Assembly (NCBI GenBank): GCA_951406725.2 | Contig: OX597827.1 | Coordinates: 80,848,001-80,912,000 of the forward strand | Reading direction: 5' to 3' | DNA from: Octopus vulgaris | Lineage: Eukaryota | Length of the DNA stretch: 64,000 bases | Part shown: positions 40,771 to 53,299 of the stretch, one piece after another | How the letters are laid out: the number at the start of each line of letters is the position of its first letter | Numbering within the stretch: position 1 is the first letter of the stretch | Program-made: the position numbers and the translations under genes | The notes under the pieces: generated by a model | Told to the model about the DNA's origin: nothing | Databases searched by the model: none | Seen by the model: the letters and a program-made list of their open reading frames with translations, nothing else

Positions 40771-42055
40771 ATAGACTAAAATATCTAAATTACAGGATAA
40801 AATATATAAAATATAAAGTAAATTATATAAAATACATGGTAGCATATTTATACTACAGGCTAAAATATCTAAAGTACAGGATAAAATATTTATACTATAG
40901 GCTAAAATATCTAAACTATAGGCTAAATTTCTAAACTATAAGCTAATATATTTATACTACAGGCTAAAATATTTACACTATAGGGTAAGTTATATGAAAT
41001 ATAGGCTAGAGTATTTAACTATAGGCTAAAATATGTAAACTATAGGCTGAAATAGCTAAACTATAGGCTAAAAATCTAAACAATAGGCTAAAAATATTTA
41101 TACCATAGGCTAAAATATGTAAACTATAGTCTAAAATATATAAACTATAGACTAAATTATCTAAACAATAGGCTAAAACATTTTTATTATAGGCTAAAAT
41201 ATTTATACTATAGGCTAAAATATCTAAACTATAGGCTAAATTTCTAAACTATAAGCTAATATATTTATACTACAGGCTAAACTATTTACACTATAGGCTA
41301 AGTTATATGAAATATAGGCTAGAATATTTAACTATAGGCTAAAATATCTAAACAATACACTAAAATATGTAAATTATAGGCTGAAATAGCTAAACTATAG
41401 GCTAAAAATCTAAACAATAGCCTAAAGATATTTATACCATAGGCTAAAATATGTAAACTATAGTCTAAAATATATAAACTATAGACTAAATTATCTAAAC
41501 AATAGGCTAAAACATTTTTATTATAGGCTAAAATATTTATACTATAGGCTAAAATATGCAAACTATAGGCTAAATTTCTAAACTATAAGCTAATATATTT
41601 ATACTACAGGTCAAAATATTTACACTATAGACTAAGTTATATGAAATATAGGCTAGAGTATTTAACTATAGGCTAAAATATCTAAACAATACACTAAAAT
41701 ATGTAAACTATAGGCTGAAATAGCTAAACTATAGGCTAAAAATCTAAACAATAGGCTAAAAATATTTATACCATAGGCTAAATATGTAAACTATAGTCTA
41801 AAATATATAAACTATAGACTAAAGTATCTAAACAATAGGCTAAAACATTTTTATTATAGGCTAAAATATTTATACTATAGGCTAAAATATGCAAACTATA
41901 GTCTGAAATAGCTAAACAATAGGCTAAAATATTTATACTATAGACTAAAATATCTAAACTATAGGCTAAATACGAAAATTATAGGCTAATATCTAAACAA
42001 TAGGCTAAAAGAATTATACTATAATCTAAAATATGTAAACTATAGGGTAAAAAAT
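40771..42055. repeat. 21-bp satellite (consensus about CTATAGGCTAAAATATCTAAA) with higher-order repeat
   Basis: About 60 diverged monomers. The diagnostic variant GGCTAAATTTCTAAACTATAAGCT recurs at 40921, 41234 and 41568. Confidence 0.92.
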
Positions 42056-42219
42056 CTTCTTGCACAGGCATTGCACGATAACAACATTCATTAAGCTTCG
42101 TGCAATGGCCATACTCGATAATGAGGGGGCAGCCACCGTATGCATAATGTACTCCATCTGGTGAGAGATTATGTATTTATGAACTACAAATAGTTTCATA
42201 CATGAGAGACATTGTCTAG

Positions 42220-42805
42220 GCAGGGTTTTATGACATGTCTAGTTAGCTGTCACATGACTTTTAGAGGCCCCCTGCAACTTCAAGGCCCCATCCCTTCAAT
42301 CAAAATTCATAATCTACGCACCATTTATTCATAGCTATATTTTACTTCATTCTATCTGGAGTTCAATATTTTACATTATCCTAAAGAACATCTTTAAAAG
42401 TATGTTACATATCATATTCATAAGTTTGAATAAAAGAACACTTTTATAATCCAGGAACTTTCAAACACAAACATGGTGCACTTTTCCACTTCCCAAAATT
42501 ATTGATCAGTTCAGAATAACTAAGCTGAGAGCTAAGTCCATGTTCAATTGATATCATAGACAATCCACAAAGTCTGGTACACGTTCGGGGTACAATGTGA
42601 TATTTTTACAAGACCTTTTGCTGGTACAATAATATTACCATTTTATTTCTTGATATTTTCAGTTAACGTAGTTTAATTCTTGTTCAACATCTTAACCAAA
42701 GTAAATAGATGACATATCTACCTACTTTGATCTCAACATGGGGCCCCTCAACTGCAAAGGCCCCCTGTGACAGTAGGGGTTGCAGGGGCTTAGCAAAAGC
42801 CTTGC
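42220..42805 (-). mobile_element. hAT transposon remnant (C-terminal dimerisation region)
   Basis: Minus strand 42575-42477 reads RLCGLSMISIEHGLSSQLSYSELINNFGKWKS (cf. RL..L...SIE.......Y..LI..F...K). GGCCCC-rich subterminal motifs occur at both ends. Limits are approximate. Confidence 0.62.
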
Positions 42806-43218
42806 ATCTAGTGTAACTGTTCCTGGTTTATGTCTTATTTGTTAAAATATTTTCTGGACGTAGGGGTAGAATGTTGAGCTAAGGTGCAGACGTGGCTGTG
42901 AGGTAAGAAGCTTGCTTCCCAACCACATGGTTCTGGGTTTAGTCCCACTGCATGGCACCTTGGACAAATATCTTCTACTATAGCGTTGGGCTGGCCAATG
43001 CCTTGTGAATGAATTTGGAAGTTGGAAACTGAAAGACGCCTGTGATGTGTGTCTGTGTGTCTGTGTTTCACCAGTCACTACATTCCGTACCCCAGACTTT
43101 TTGCACTCAGATGAAATCCCAACTTCCTACTCATGCACCCTTGGCAATGCTGATACCCATATCTTGAGGATATGCCCTGACACTTCACCACCATCTCTCT
43201 CCTGCACTCTCACGCTCT

Positions 43219-43264
<46 letters not shown>

Positions 43265-43738
43265 TTCTTGATCACTCACTCTCTCACTTTCTCTTTGTCT
43301 CTGTCTCTCTGTCTTACTCTCTCTCTCTCTCTCCCTCTCCCTCTGACTAGTTAACCACATATCTCCTCTACTGCAAGACAACTGGTTCCATCCCTCCATC
43401 ACACACCAACCTCTCATCAGAAGGTTCAATGGTGCAGGGAGATGGTGTAGGGTTACATCAGTGGGCCTCAACCCTTGGGGGCCCATAGAAGATTTTGCTG
43501 TTGTTGAAAAGAAAGAGAGTAGATTTGGTAGGTTTACTTTAGGCGTGGTGTTGTCGTGGAACCAAGTTTCCTCTGAGTGACTTAAGAAAGGACTCAAGTC
43601 ATGGTGCAATGGTGTCTGGAACAAAGATGGGATTGAGAAGAATTGTCACTGCTGTCTTTGATGCTGTTGTTGTTGTTGAGATGGTAAAAAAATGTATCGT
43701 ATTAGAATAGAAACAAACCTCTGAGAAATGAGAGATAC

Positions 43739-43791
43739 CTATTTCTTTATTACCCACAAGGGGCTAAACATAGAGGGGACAAACAAGGACA
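43739..43791 (-). mobile_element. Extremely 5'-truncated family-A SINE (tail only) with 16-bp TSD
   Basis: GAGAAATGAGAGATAC at 43723-43738 and 43792-43807 brackets about 53 bp of the family-A tail. Confidence 0.82.
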
Positions 43792-44024
43792 GAGAAATGA
43801 GAGATACTTCCACCTCCACCTCCATAACCACACACTCACAAACACACACGCGTGCACACACACACACACACTCTCCCTTTCTTTCTCTCTCCTTGACTCC
43901 ATCATATCTACCTCTTCTGTTATCTACACCAAAACCCCCACCATTACCCCTCACCACACCCACCACCACTACCACCACCACCACTACCACCACCACCACT
44001 ACCACCACCACCACTACCACCACC

Positions 44025-44056
<32 letters not shown>

Positions 44057-45184
44057 CAACGCTCCAGATACCCCCCCCCCCCCGTCCAGATAACAACGCC
44101 ACTGCACCGACCATCGTCCCCTCCCCCATTCTCATAATTACAGTGTAAGTGGACATTAGAAAGAGTAATGTAGGTCAGTTGTGACTGGACAAGTCCAGTA
44201 GTGACCAGCTGGGACTGGACCAAGGGGGACAGAACACACACACACACATGCATAGACACACAAATATAACACACATACACACGTGCATATACATACATAA
44301 ACATATTCATAGAGAAACAGGCACACATATGTACACATACATAGACGCTTGTACATATACACAAACACACACACACACACATACAGATGCATACACACAA
44401 TTAGGGGAAAGGAATAGGATTTTGTTCCAAACTGTGGTGGTGGTGGTGATGGTGGGGTGATGTGGGTTAGAACTGGTGGTTGAGGGTGGAGGAGTGGGGG
44501 GTGGGGTGGGAGGGGGATTTGGAGTTAATATATTGCATAGCAGTAGCACCACCACCACCAACACCACCACCACCACCACCACCACCACCACCACCACCAA
44601 TCCAATGAGAGAAGGGGTTCTCCTTCAACTGGCTAGAAATGACAACCAAATTCCCATTAACCCTCACCCTAATCTGATGGATAATGTGGTCTCGGATTTC
44701 TTGTATATTAAAAAAAGAGACAGGATGGTCATAGATGGAATGTCTTTTCTCATAAGATTGCTCAATTAGAACTGACCTAGTTTTTAAACAACCAGAACAA
44801 CAATATTAGCAACTGCCCCACACCCCTGGCTAACATCCAAACCAATCTTGACCAAATCTTCATTCTTTTAATATCTAATGCTATCACCCTGATCCTCCAC
44901 AAGTCCCTACCTGCAGAGTAGGGGATTCTCCTTGCCCCTTGGCTAATCAGTCCAAGCTCTGCCAACTCTGTGTTAACTATTCTTGGCCACACATGTGTTC
45001 CATCGCTGACCAATCAGAAACAGTTACATGGTTGAGTGAAACCATCATCTTAGGCAAGTGTCTCTACATCTCATGCACAGCAAACACTCATATACTTGAC
45101 TTCCTCAAGTTCTTCCCTCACACCTCAGCTGCTGCAATTGTTCACACAAACAACACTCGGGGAAAATGATTCACCAAATCTTCA

Positions 45185-45583
45185 TTATTATTTATTATTA
45201 TTGTTCGACCGTGGTCAAGACAATGGAATTTACCATGCTACGCCAGACTTCACGGTCCATCATGGCATTACGGAGGTCCTGTTGCTGGATGCCTGTATCC
45301 CTGGAGATTACATCAGGGTAGGAGAGTGTGCGCCCTCTGGTATTGCGAGTAGATGGCTTCCAGAGGAGAAGAGTAGAAATTACCTCTTTTTCAGCTCTAC
45401 AACAATGTCCAGCAAACTGGACTCTCCTACCTTTCACAAGAGATGACACAGGTGGCAGTTTCCCATATATTTGCATTTTGGTTGGATGGCGCTTCCACGA
45501 GAGATTCTGAACTCTCATAAGGAGGCGAGTGTAGGTTCCATCCAACCGCCTCTCAAGCTTCTTTGATAACGTCCAGGTTTCAT
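45185..45583 (-). mobile_element. 3' end of an RTE/RTE-X-like LINE
   Basis: DGTYTRLLMRVQNLSW...RRVQFAGHCCR...LLLWKP...AMMDREVWR, then a stop codon and a (TAA)n tail. Confidence 0.82.
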
Positions 45584-46116
45584 ACCCTCTACCTCATACT
45601 CTCTGCAAATCCCTGCAAGACCATTGTCTAAACTGTGAAGGATGTCTCAATACAACATAAGCAATCCTGTCTTCCCAATCTACAAACGGATCCTTTTGGT
45701 CCAACACAAAAAAGGATTTCTCACAAACCAGGTACAATCTTTCTTTGCTTCACTTCTCAACCATGTCAGTTCTGTAAAGCATTTGCTCCCAACTTTTGCT
45801 ATTGTCTTCACCTCCAAGACCAACACTTCATGCAATTGGAGAATATCTTCCAAAACTAGTCCCTCCCCACCTCCCCTAGTTCCTTATGCTGCACACCTTC
45901 CCATGAAAAATGCAAATATTTCTCATTGCTTCCCACCAACAACGCCACCAGCCCTTACAATATCCCTTCCATCTGCCCCAAAACAATGTACTTTTGTACT
46001 AAATCCAAACTTGCCAAAGCTGTCTGTCTCCCTTTCTCTTTCACTGTTTTTATCTCTTTCCTTCTATCTGTCTCTCTCTCTCTCTTTCTCTTTATGTATG
46101 TGTGTGTGTGTGTGTG

Positions 46117-46169
<53 letters not shown>

Positions 46170-46274
46170 AGTCTCATTCCCAAGACAGGCAACTCCTGAG
46201 ACCCAGCCAATAATCATACTCATCTCCAATATCAAAACAGCCATTAATAATAACCATCTCCAGGAAGAGATGTT

Positions 46275-46328
<54 letters not shown>

Positions 46329-46379
46329 GTCTTCCCTTTCCAGGACTGCTTTCATTAAGCTGGACACAATGCTGACCTT

Positions 46380-46830
46380 TCTTCTGTGTCACTCATCAGT
46401 GGTCTTTTGCCCTTGAGAAATTCGGTAAAAGCAGCACCTTTGACCTCAACACCAATAAAGCTATCTGCAAGTGAATCTCTCATCAAAACTGACCATCTGT
46501 GGCCTTCGTCCATCTTTTGTCACTTGGATTAGGAATTTCTTGTCAAATTGTTGCCCTTGCATTAGGTGTTGATGCAGATCCCTCAGCTCCACAATCTATC
46601 CCTTCAGAGAGGCCCCATGGTTCTTGTTCTCTATAACAACATCCCACTTCTCAGATGATACCCCACTTGGGTCTGTTCCCATCTCAGGACTCCATACAAC
46701 CTTAAACACTTCACACCAAACTAACAACTGACTTGACTCCCTAAACTGAGACCTTAAATCCATCCCCACAACGGTCTTGTATCAATGAAGTGTCTTTCAA
46801 CTCCACCACCACCACCATAACATTTGAACT
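46380..46830 (+). mobile_element. Ancient CR1/Jockey-like RT remnant
   Basis: KLTICGLRPSFVTWIRNFLS (cf. KL...G......WI..FLS.R) and FSDDT (FADD-like). Confidence 0.45.
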
Positions 46831-48268
46831 CAGTAAAATGAATTTGCAGTATTTGTGGTCAGAAGGTTGCTCGGTTCTCTCTCTCTCTCTCTTCCCCCTC
46901 TCTCTCCAGTTGCACCATTTCTATTTCTACTTTACACTTTCCTCTTCACTCCCTCTCTCTTTCTCTCTCATCTCCTTGGTCTGACTCTTTCTATTTCTAC
47001 ACTTCATTTCTCTCTCTCTCTCTCTCTTCTCTTACTACCTTACTCCTTATCTTTACTCCTCACCCACTGTCCCTCCATTCCCCCTCTTTCTCTACTCCAA
47101 CTGCACCCTCTCTCACACTCTTCCCCATATCTCTTCCTCCAACTCCTTTACAATATTCTCTTCAACTTCTCCCCCACACCTTCTCTATCTGTCTTAATAT
47201 TTCTTAAACTCTCTCTCTTTCTCACTGTTTCTCTCTCTCCCCATTCCTCCCCTTGTGTCTTCCTCTCTATCTTTCCTCTGAAATCTTCTTTTCTCCTACT
47301 CATTCATTACACTATTACCCTTCTCTACTCACTCATTCTCTCTAATTCCATCTCTTCTCCCTCTCTCTGCCTCTCTCTCTCTCTACTCAAAATTTCTTTT
47401 CCTCTTCTCATTCTCATCCTCTTTCCTTCTATTTCTCCACCCACCTTATTTTCTCCCTCTTTCTAATACCTTTAGTCTTACACTTTCTTCCACTCCACCA
47501 CATCACACACACACACACACACTCTCTCTTTCTCTCTCCCACTAACACCCATTATTCTTAACCATCCCCTTTCTCCTCTATTGTCTCCTCCCCTTCAATC
47601 ACCCTCTGCTTCTTCTCTATTCTTCTCTTTCCTCTTCTTTCTTTCTCCCTGTCTGCTGCAATCTTCCATCCCCCCCCCCCGTATCCACTGCTTCTTCCCT
47701 CTCCCTTCTCATACTACAACTACTGTACTTTCATTCAATATCTCTCTTTCTCTCTCTCTCACTCCCTCTCTCACTAACTCTATCCTCTTTCTCTCACACA
47801 AACAAAACATCTATTTCTTTCCCTCCTACATACTCCCTCACTATCTCTCCTTACTTCCTCCACCATCACCCTCACATTGTTATTCTATTCTGTCTCCTAC
47901 TTTCCCTCATTATTTTACTGCACTCACGCAATTTCTCCTCCCACCCTCCCTCTTACACTAAGCACCTCCTCTCTCCCTCTCTATACATATAATGACTGCT
48001 GTTTCATACACTTCCTCCCACTCTTACCCTCCTGTTTACTCTCTTTGTTAGTCTTTTTGCCTCCTCCTCCTCCTCCCCCTCTCCCTCTCTCACAATCTTC
48101 ACACCATCACTGCTGATACCAGACGATACACACGCATTGCACGCTCCATCATTCTTCGATCTGTTTCCACTCTGAGTATTCAAGTTGACTGATCAATTAA
48201 ACAATATACTCGTTAAAATAATGAGGATTGCACAGAAACATGTAGTCTTACCGAAATGAACAGCATAT

Positions 48269-48303
<35 letters not shown>

Positions 48304-49573
48304 CTTTTATTTGTTTCAGTCATTTGACTGTGGCCATGCTGGAACACTGCCTTTAGTTGAACAAATCAACCCCAGGACTTATTCTTTGTAAGCCTAGTAC
48401 TTATTCTAGCGGTCTGTTTTGCCGAACCGCTAAGTTACAGGGGACGTAAACACACCAACATTGGTTGTCAAGCAATGGTGGGGGACAAACACAGACACAG
48501 AAGCATATACACACACATACATATATATATCATCATCATCATCATCATCGTTTAACGTCCGTTCTCCATGCTAGCATGGGTTGGACGGTTCGACCGGGGA
48601 TCTGGGAAGCCAGGAGGCTGCACCAGGCTCCAGTCTTATCTGGCAATGCTTCTACAGCTGGATGCCCTTCCTAACGCCAACCACTCCGTGAGTGTAGAGG
48701 GTGCTTTTTACGTGCCACCTGCACAGGTGCCAGGCGAGGCTGGTAACGGCCACGGTCGGATTGGTGTATTTTACGTGCCACCGGCACGGAAGCCAGTCGA
48801 GGCGGCGCTGGCATATATATATATATATTATATTAAATTAGAGATAAAACCACTATTAGGCAAATCAAACAGTGAAAAACATAAGCCAATACATAAAATT
48901 AATTTAAAAATATAAAAGTTAAACATAAAAAATTATTTAAATAATTTAAACTTATAAATTTTATATATATATACAAATAAATATATATATGTATGTATGT
49001 ATATTTTTATATTTATATATTATTTTATTTATTAATTAATTAATTAATTTATTTATTTATTTTATTTTATTTTAAAAAAATTAAAAAAAATTTTTTTAAA
49101 TATCAAAAGTATTTAAATATCAAAAGTATTAAAAGTTTAATAAAAGATAAAGATATATGATGGGCTTCTTCCAGTACCAAATCCATTCACAAGGCTTTCG
49201 GTCGGCCTTCAGTTAAAGTAGAAGACACTTGCCCAAGGTGCCATGTAGTGGGACTGAACCCGGAACCATGTGGTTGGTAAGCAAGCTACTTATCACATAC
49301 CACCTCTGGTGGGTGCAAAAGTAGGAATACAGTTATGAAAAAAGAAAACACGTAAAATTCTCATTTATTTTTATGAAAAAAATTAAAAGTTAGCCTCATT
49401 TTTTTGATATTTTCAGTGTCATTAATCATAATAATACTTTTAAATTGTTTTGATAAAAACAAATAAGTATTGTACATGTCTTCTTCTTTCATAACTTCTT
49501 TCCTACTTTTGCATCTCACCTGTATATATATACATATGTATATATACATATGTATATATATATATCTATAATG

Positions 49574-49955
49574 TGGAGGTGCAATGTCTCAGTGGTTAGG
49601 GCAGCGGACTCGTGGTCGTAGGATTATGGTTTTGATTCCCAGATCAGGCATTGTGAGTGTTTATTGAGAGAAAACACCTAAAGCTCCACGAGGCTCCGGC
49701 AGGGGGTGGTGGCGATCCCTGCTGTACTCTTTCGCTGCAACTTTCTCTCACTCTTTCTTCCTGTTTCTGTTGTACCTGTATTTTCAAAGGGCCAGCCTTG
49801 TCACACTCTGTGTCATGCTGAATCTCCCCGAGAACTACGTTAAGGGTACATGTGTCTGTGGAGTGCTCAGCCACTTGCATGTTAATTTCACGAGCAGGCT
49901 GTTCCGTTGATCGGATCAACTGGGACCCTTGTTGTTGCAACTGACGGAGTGCCAT
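49574..49955 (+). mobile_element. tRNA-derived SINE, family C
   Basis: Head GGAGGTGCAATG..CAGTGGTTAGGGCAGCGGACT...GGTTTTGATTCCC. The body is shared with 25345-25659 and the tail with 15040-15358. Confidence 0.82.
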
Positions 49956-51148
49956 GATATCTATAGGTGCAGGTGTGGGCGTGTTTGGTTCCCAGCTTAC
50001 ATGGTCTTGGGTTCAGCATCACTGCATGACACCTTGGATATCTTCTATTATAGTCTTGGGTTGATTAAAGCCTTGTGAATGGATTAGATAGATGGAAACT
50101 GAAAGAAGCCTGTCATACCCATGCCATGCAAAACGGACTTTAACAGATGATGATGATGATGATGATGATGTTATATATTCGTGTGTGTGTCTTTGTGTCT
50201 GTGTTTGTCACCCACCACTACCTAACAGCAGTTCTTGGTGAGTTTACTGTAACTTAGTGGTTCAGCAAAACAGACAGAATAAAGAACCAGTTAAAAGAAA
50301 AAAAGTAGTCAATCCATTCAGCTAAAGTTCTTTGCATCATAATTATAGTCTAAGGAGTGAAACAAGTAAAAGATAAGACATATATATATGTGTGTGTGTG
50401 TGTGTGTGTATATATAATCAAAATGAGGTAACAATATTTTAATAAAATGATGTAGTATGAAACGATTGTACCAAATTACCGGAGTCATTCTTGTTGCTTA
50501 TTTTGATTATAACCACCCCACGGATTTTTATGGATAACACCATACAAAATTCTGGTGCATCTAAATTAAGTACCATATTCATTTGAATCTAAATTTTTGC
50601 TGAACTTATATATATATGTATGTGTGTGTGTGTGTGTATATATATATGTATGTGTGTGTGTGTGTATATATATATGTATGTGTGTGTGTGTACGTGTATA
50701 TATGTGTGTGTGTGTGTGTGTATAAATAAATGTAAGATCCAAGGATCAAGGTGTAGGAGAAAAGTTTGCTTCAAGCAATCCGTAGTAAATATAAAAAACA
50801 ACTTCCAGGGACAAGAGTGGTTTATTGAGATGGAAGGGTGGGGAATTTTTTTGATAAACTGAAAAATGGTCTTTTTATATTTCACGGTAGGCAACCAGGG
50901 TTGCTGGGTATGTGGATAAGAATACAAGAGTTAAGGAATGGAGTAGATAAGATCCAGACTACATCTATTTTATAGTATGAGTAACCTCCGAAATGGTAAA
51001 TATTCAAGCAAGGTGTATACTGTAGGCTACTCTTCAGGCCAAGGATATCTTGATTAAATGAAAGTTTACATTGCTGTAAGGTGGTACATGTTTACACATG
51101 GAAAATTCAACTGGAATATATATATATATAAATAAAATTGGATTCAAT

Positions 51149-51246
51149 ACATACGCATGTTTCAAAGGACAATACAAATATGTAAGGAAAAAATTATAAT
51201 CATAGTAATTATAATTAAATTTATGCATTGTCATTCTCATCAGTGT
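51149..51246 (-). ncRNA. Type I hammerhead ribozyme motif with extended stem II
   Basis: ACA-CTGATGA-GAA(T)GACAATGC...GTATTGTC(C)TTT-GAAA-C-ATGC-G-TA-TGT. The core is complete with a GUA site; stem I has only 3 bp. Confidence 0.6.
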
Positions 51247-51327
51247 GAGGAATTTTTGAAAGGGCATCAAAAAAGGTTTATTATAAATAAAATAAATTAA
51301 AATAAGATACAATAAGGGAGAATACAA

Positions 51328-51374
<47 letters not shown>

Positions 51375-51699
51375 GGTTGAATTAGATTTGTCTCTCTCAC
51401 GTATTTTCAAATAACTGTTACAGCCTTTAGTTATAGTTAACACCTAACTGGGCTCCCATATCTCTTGCTTTCTCATAAGGATAAATAGGAATCTCCTAGA
51501 TTCTATTCTGCTTTTCCCTTTCTCAAGTCCTTTGTAAAAATTTTGTTTATACTTCTTACTCTAAAGAGTACAGCAATATATAATTAATTTAATTTAATCT
51601 AATTAATTCAATTTATTCTATTCCACCATGAATTTTCATAATTTTTATTATCGCTACATGAATTAAAATTCTCTTTTATATTTTAACATCTCTTTTCCA

Positions 51700-51763
<64 letters not shown>

Positions 51764-51798
51764 TATCCGTAATATATGTGACAATTATTCGGTTGCCA

Positions 51799-51861
51799 TA
51801 ATAAAACTCTGAGTTTTGGATGTCGGGGCGGAAATCTGCTCTGGCATCTCGTCAGTTATTA
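51799..51861 (-). ncRNA. Degenerate type I hammerhead motif
   Basis: TAATAA-CTGACGA-GATG...CATC-C-AAAA-CTCAGAG-TT-TTATTA. It has a 6-bp stem I, but GAAA reads AAAA (probable CpG decay of G12). Confidence 0.55.
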
Positions 51862-51934
51862 AGACAAACAAAAATGCTATGAAAATGAACATTTTTTTTG
51901 TTTGTCTTAACGATGATGATGATGATATATAATA

Positions 51935-52021
<87 letters not shown>

Positions 52022-52276
52022 ATATGTATACATACATATGCATTCCTCTGCCAACTACACTGAATCTTATCATGGCCTTTTGCCTACTGAATTTTGAAGT
52101 ATAGCTTTTAGTTATAATTTAAATGTATGTCCAGGAAACAAAATCCATTATTTGTCCATTCTTCGTGCATTTTTAAAGATATCTGAAGCTCTCATTATTA
52201 TTTTACACACTCACACACACACACATATACATATATATATAATATACATGCATATGTACATACATATGCATATATA

Positions 52277-52318
<42 letters not shown>

Positions 52319-52319
52319 T

Positions 52320-53258
52320 AGTAGTGACCAAGTTAGTAGTGGAGGTGGATGCTCAGAGAGTGTCACCACAAGAATACAAATAGCCTGGGCAAAGTTTAGA
52401 AAGCTTCTACCCCTACTGGTGACAAAGGGTCTCTCGCTCAGAGTAAAATGTAGATTGTATGACGCATGTCTGCGAACTGCCATGAATCACAGCAGTGAAA
52501 CATGGGCTGTGACTGTAGAGGACATGCGTAGGCTTGAAAGAAATGAAGCTAGCATGATCCGCTGGATGTGTAACGTCAGTGTCCATGCACGACAGAGTGT
52601 AAGCACCCTGAGAGAAATGTTGGGCATAAGAAGCATCGGATGTGGCATGCAAGAGAGACATTTGCACTGGTATGGTAATGTACTACGGATGGCTGAGGAG
52701 AGATGTGTGAAGAAGTGCCACTTCCAAACAGTTGAAGGAATCCAGGGTAGAGGCAGACCCAGGAAGACATGAGATGAGGTGGTCAAACATGACCTTCAGA
52801 TGTTGGGTCTCACAGAGGCAATGACGAAAGACTGAGACCTCTGGAGATATGCTGTGACTGCGAAGACATGACAAATAATGTGAGTTCATGGCTGTTTCCT
52901 GCACCAGTTTCACATAGAAGCCCAGCCCATCCATAGTACCTTGGATTGTAGGACAGCCTACTGTGGTTACCTTGGATTGTAGGGCGACCTGCTGTGCTTG
53001 AGGGGGCCTATTGTGTCAAGTACATCAACATCAAATAAAAATCAAATGGAAATTGTAGTTGTGATACCTGTGCCGGTGGCATGTAAAAAGCATCAACCAA
53101 ATATGGCCGATGCCAGTGCCACCTTGACTGGCTTCCATGCCGGTGGCACGTAAAAAGCACCAACCGGTCGTGGCCATTGCCAGCCTCCCCTGGCACCTGT
53201 GCTGGTGGCATGTAAAAAGCACCCACCACACTCACAGAGTGGTTGGTGTTAGGAAGGG
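52320..53258 (+). mobile_element. RTE LINE 3' fragment (C-terminal ORF remnant plus 3' UTR)
   Basis: DQVSSGGGCSESVTTRIQIAWAKFRKLLPLL...SETW...LHWYGNVLRM...VEGIQGRGRPRKT, followed by the UTR seen in many truncated copies. Confidence 0.88.
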
Positions 53259-53299
53259 AAAAATTGACCCTGGTGGAATTTGATCTCAGAATCTAAAGA

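Noticed and set aside
41328-41561. Heptad-repeat ORF (ILAYS..) that looks like a leucine zipper
   Set aside because: It is a by-product of the 21-bp (7-codon) satellite; 20- and 22-bp monomers break the frame.
40771-42055. Possible CRISPR-like array
   Set aside because: Monomers are contiguous with no unique spacers, there are no cas genes, and the context is eukaryotic.
49574-49645. tRNA gene
   Set aside because: The tRNA-like head continues into a multi-copy SINE body, the B-box is degenerate and there is no terminator.
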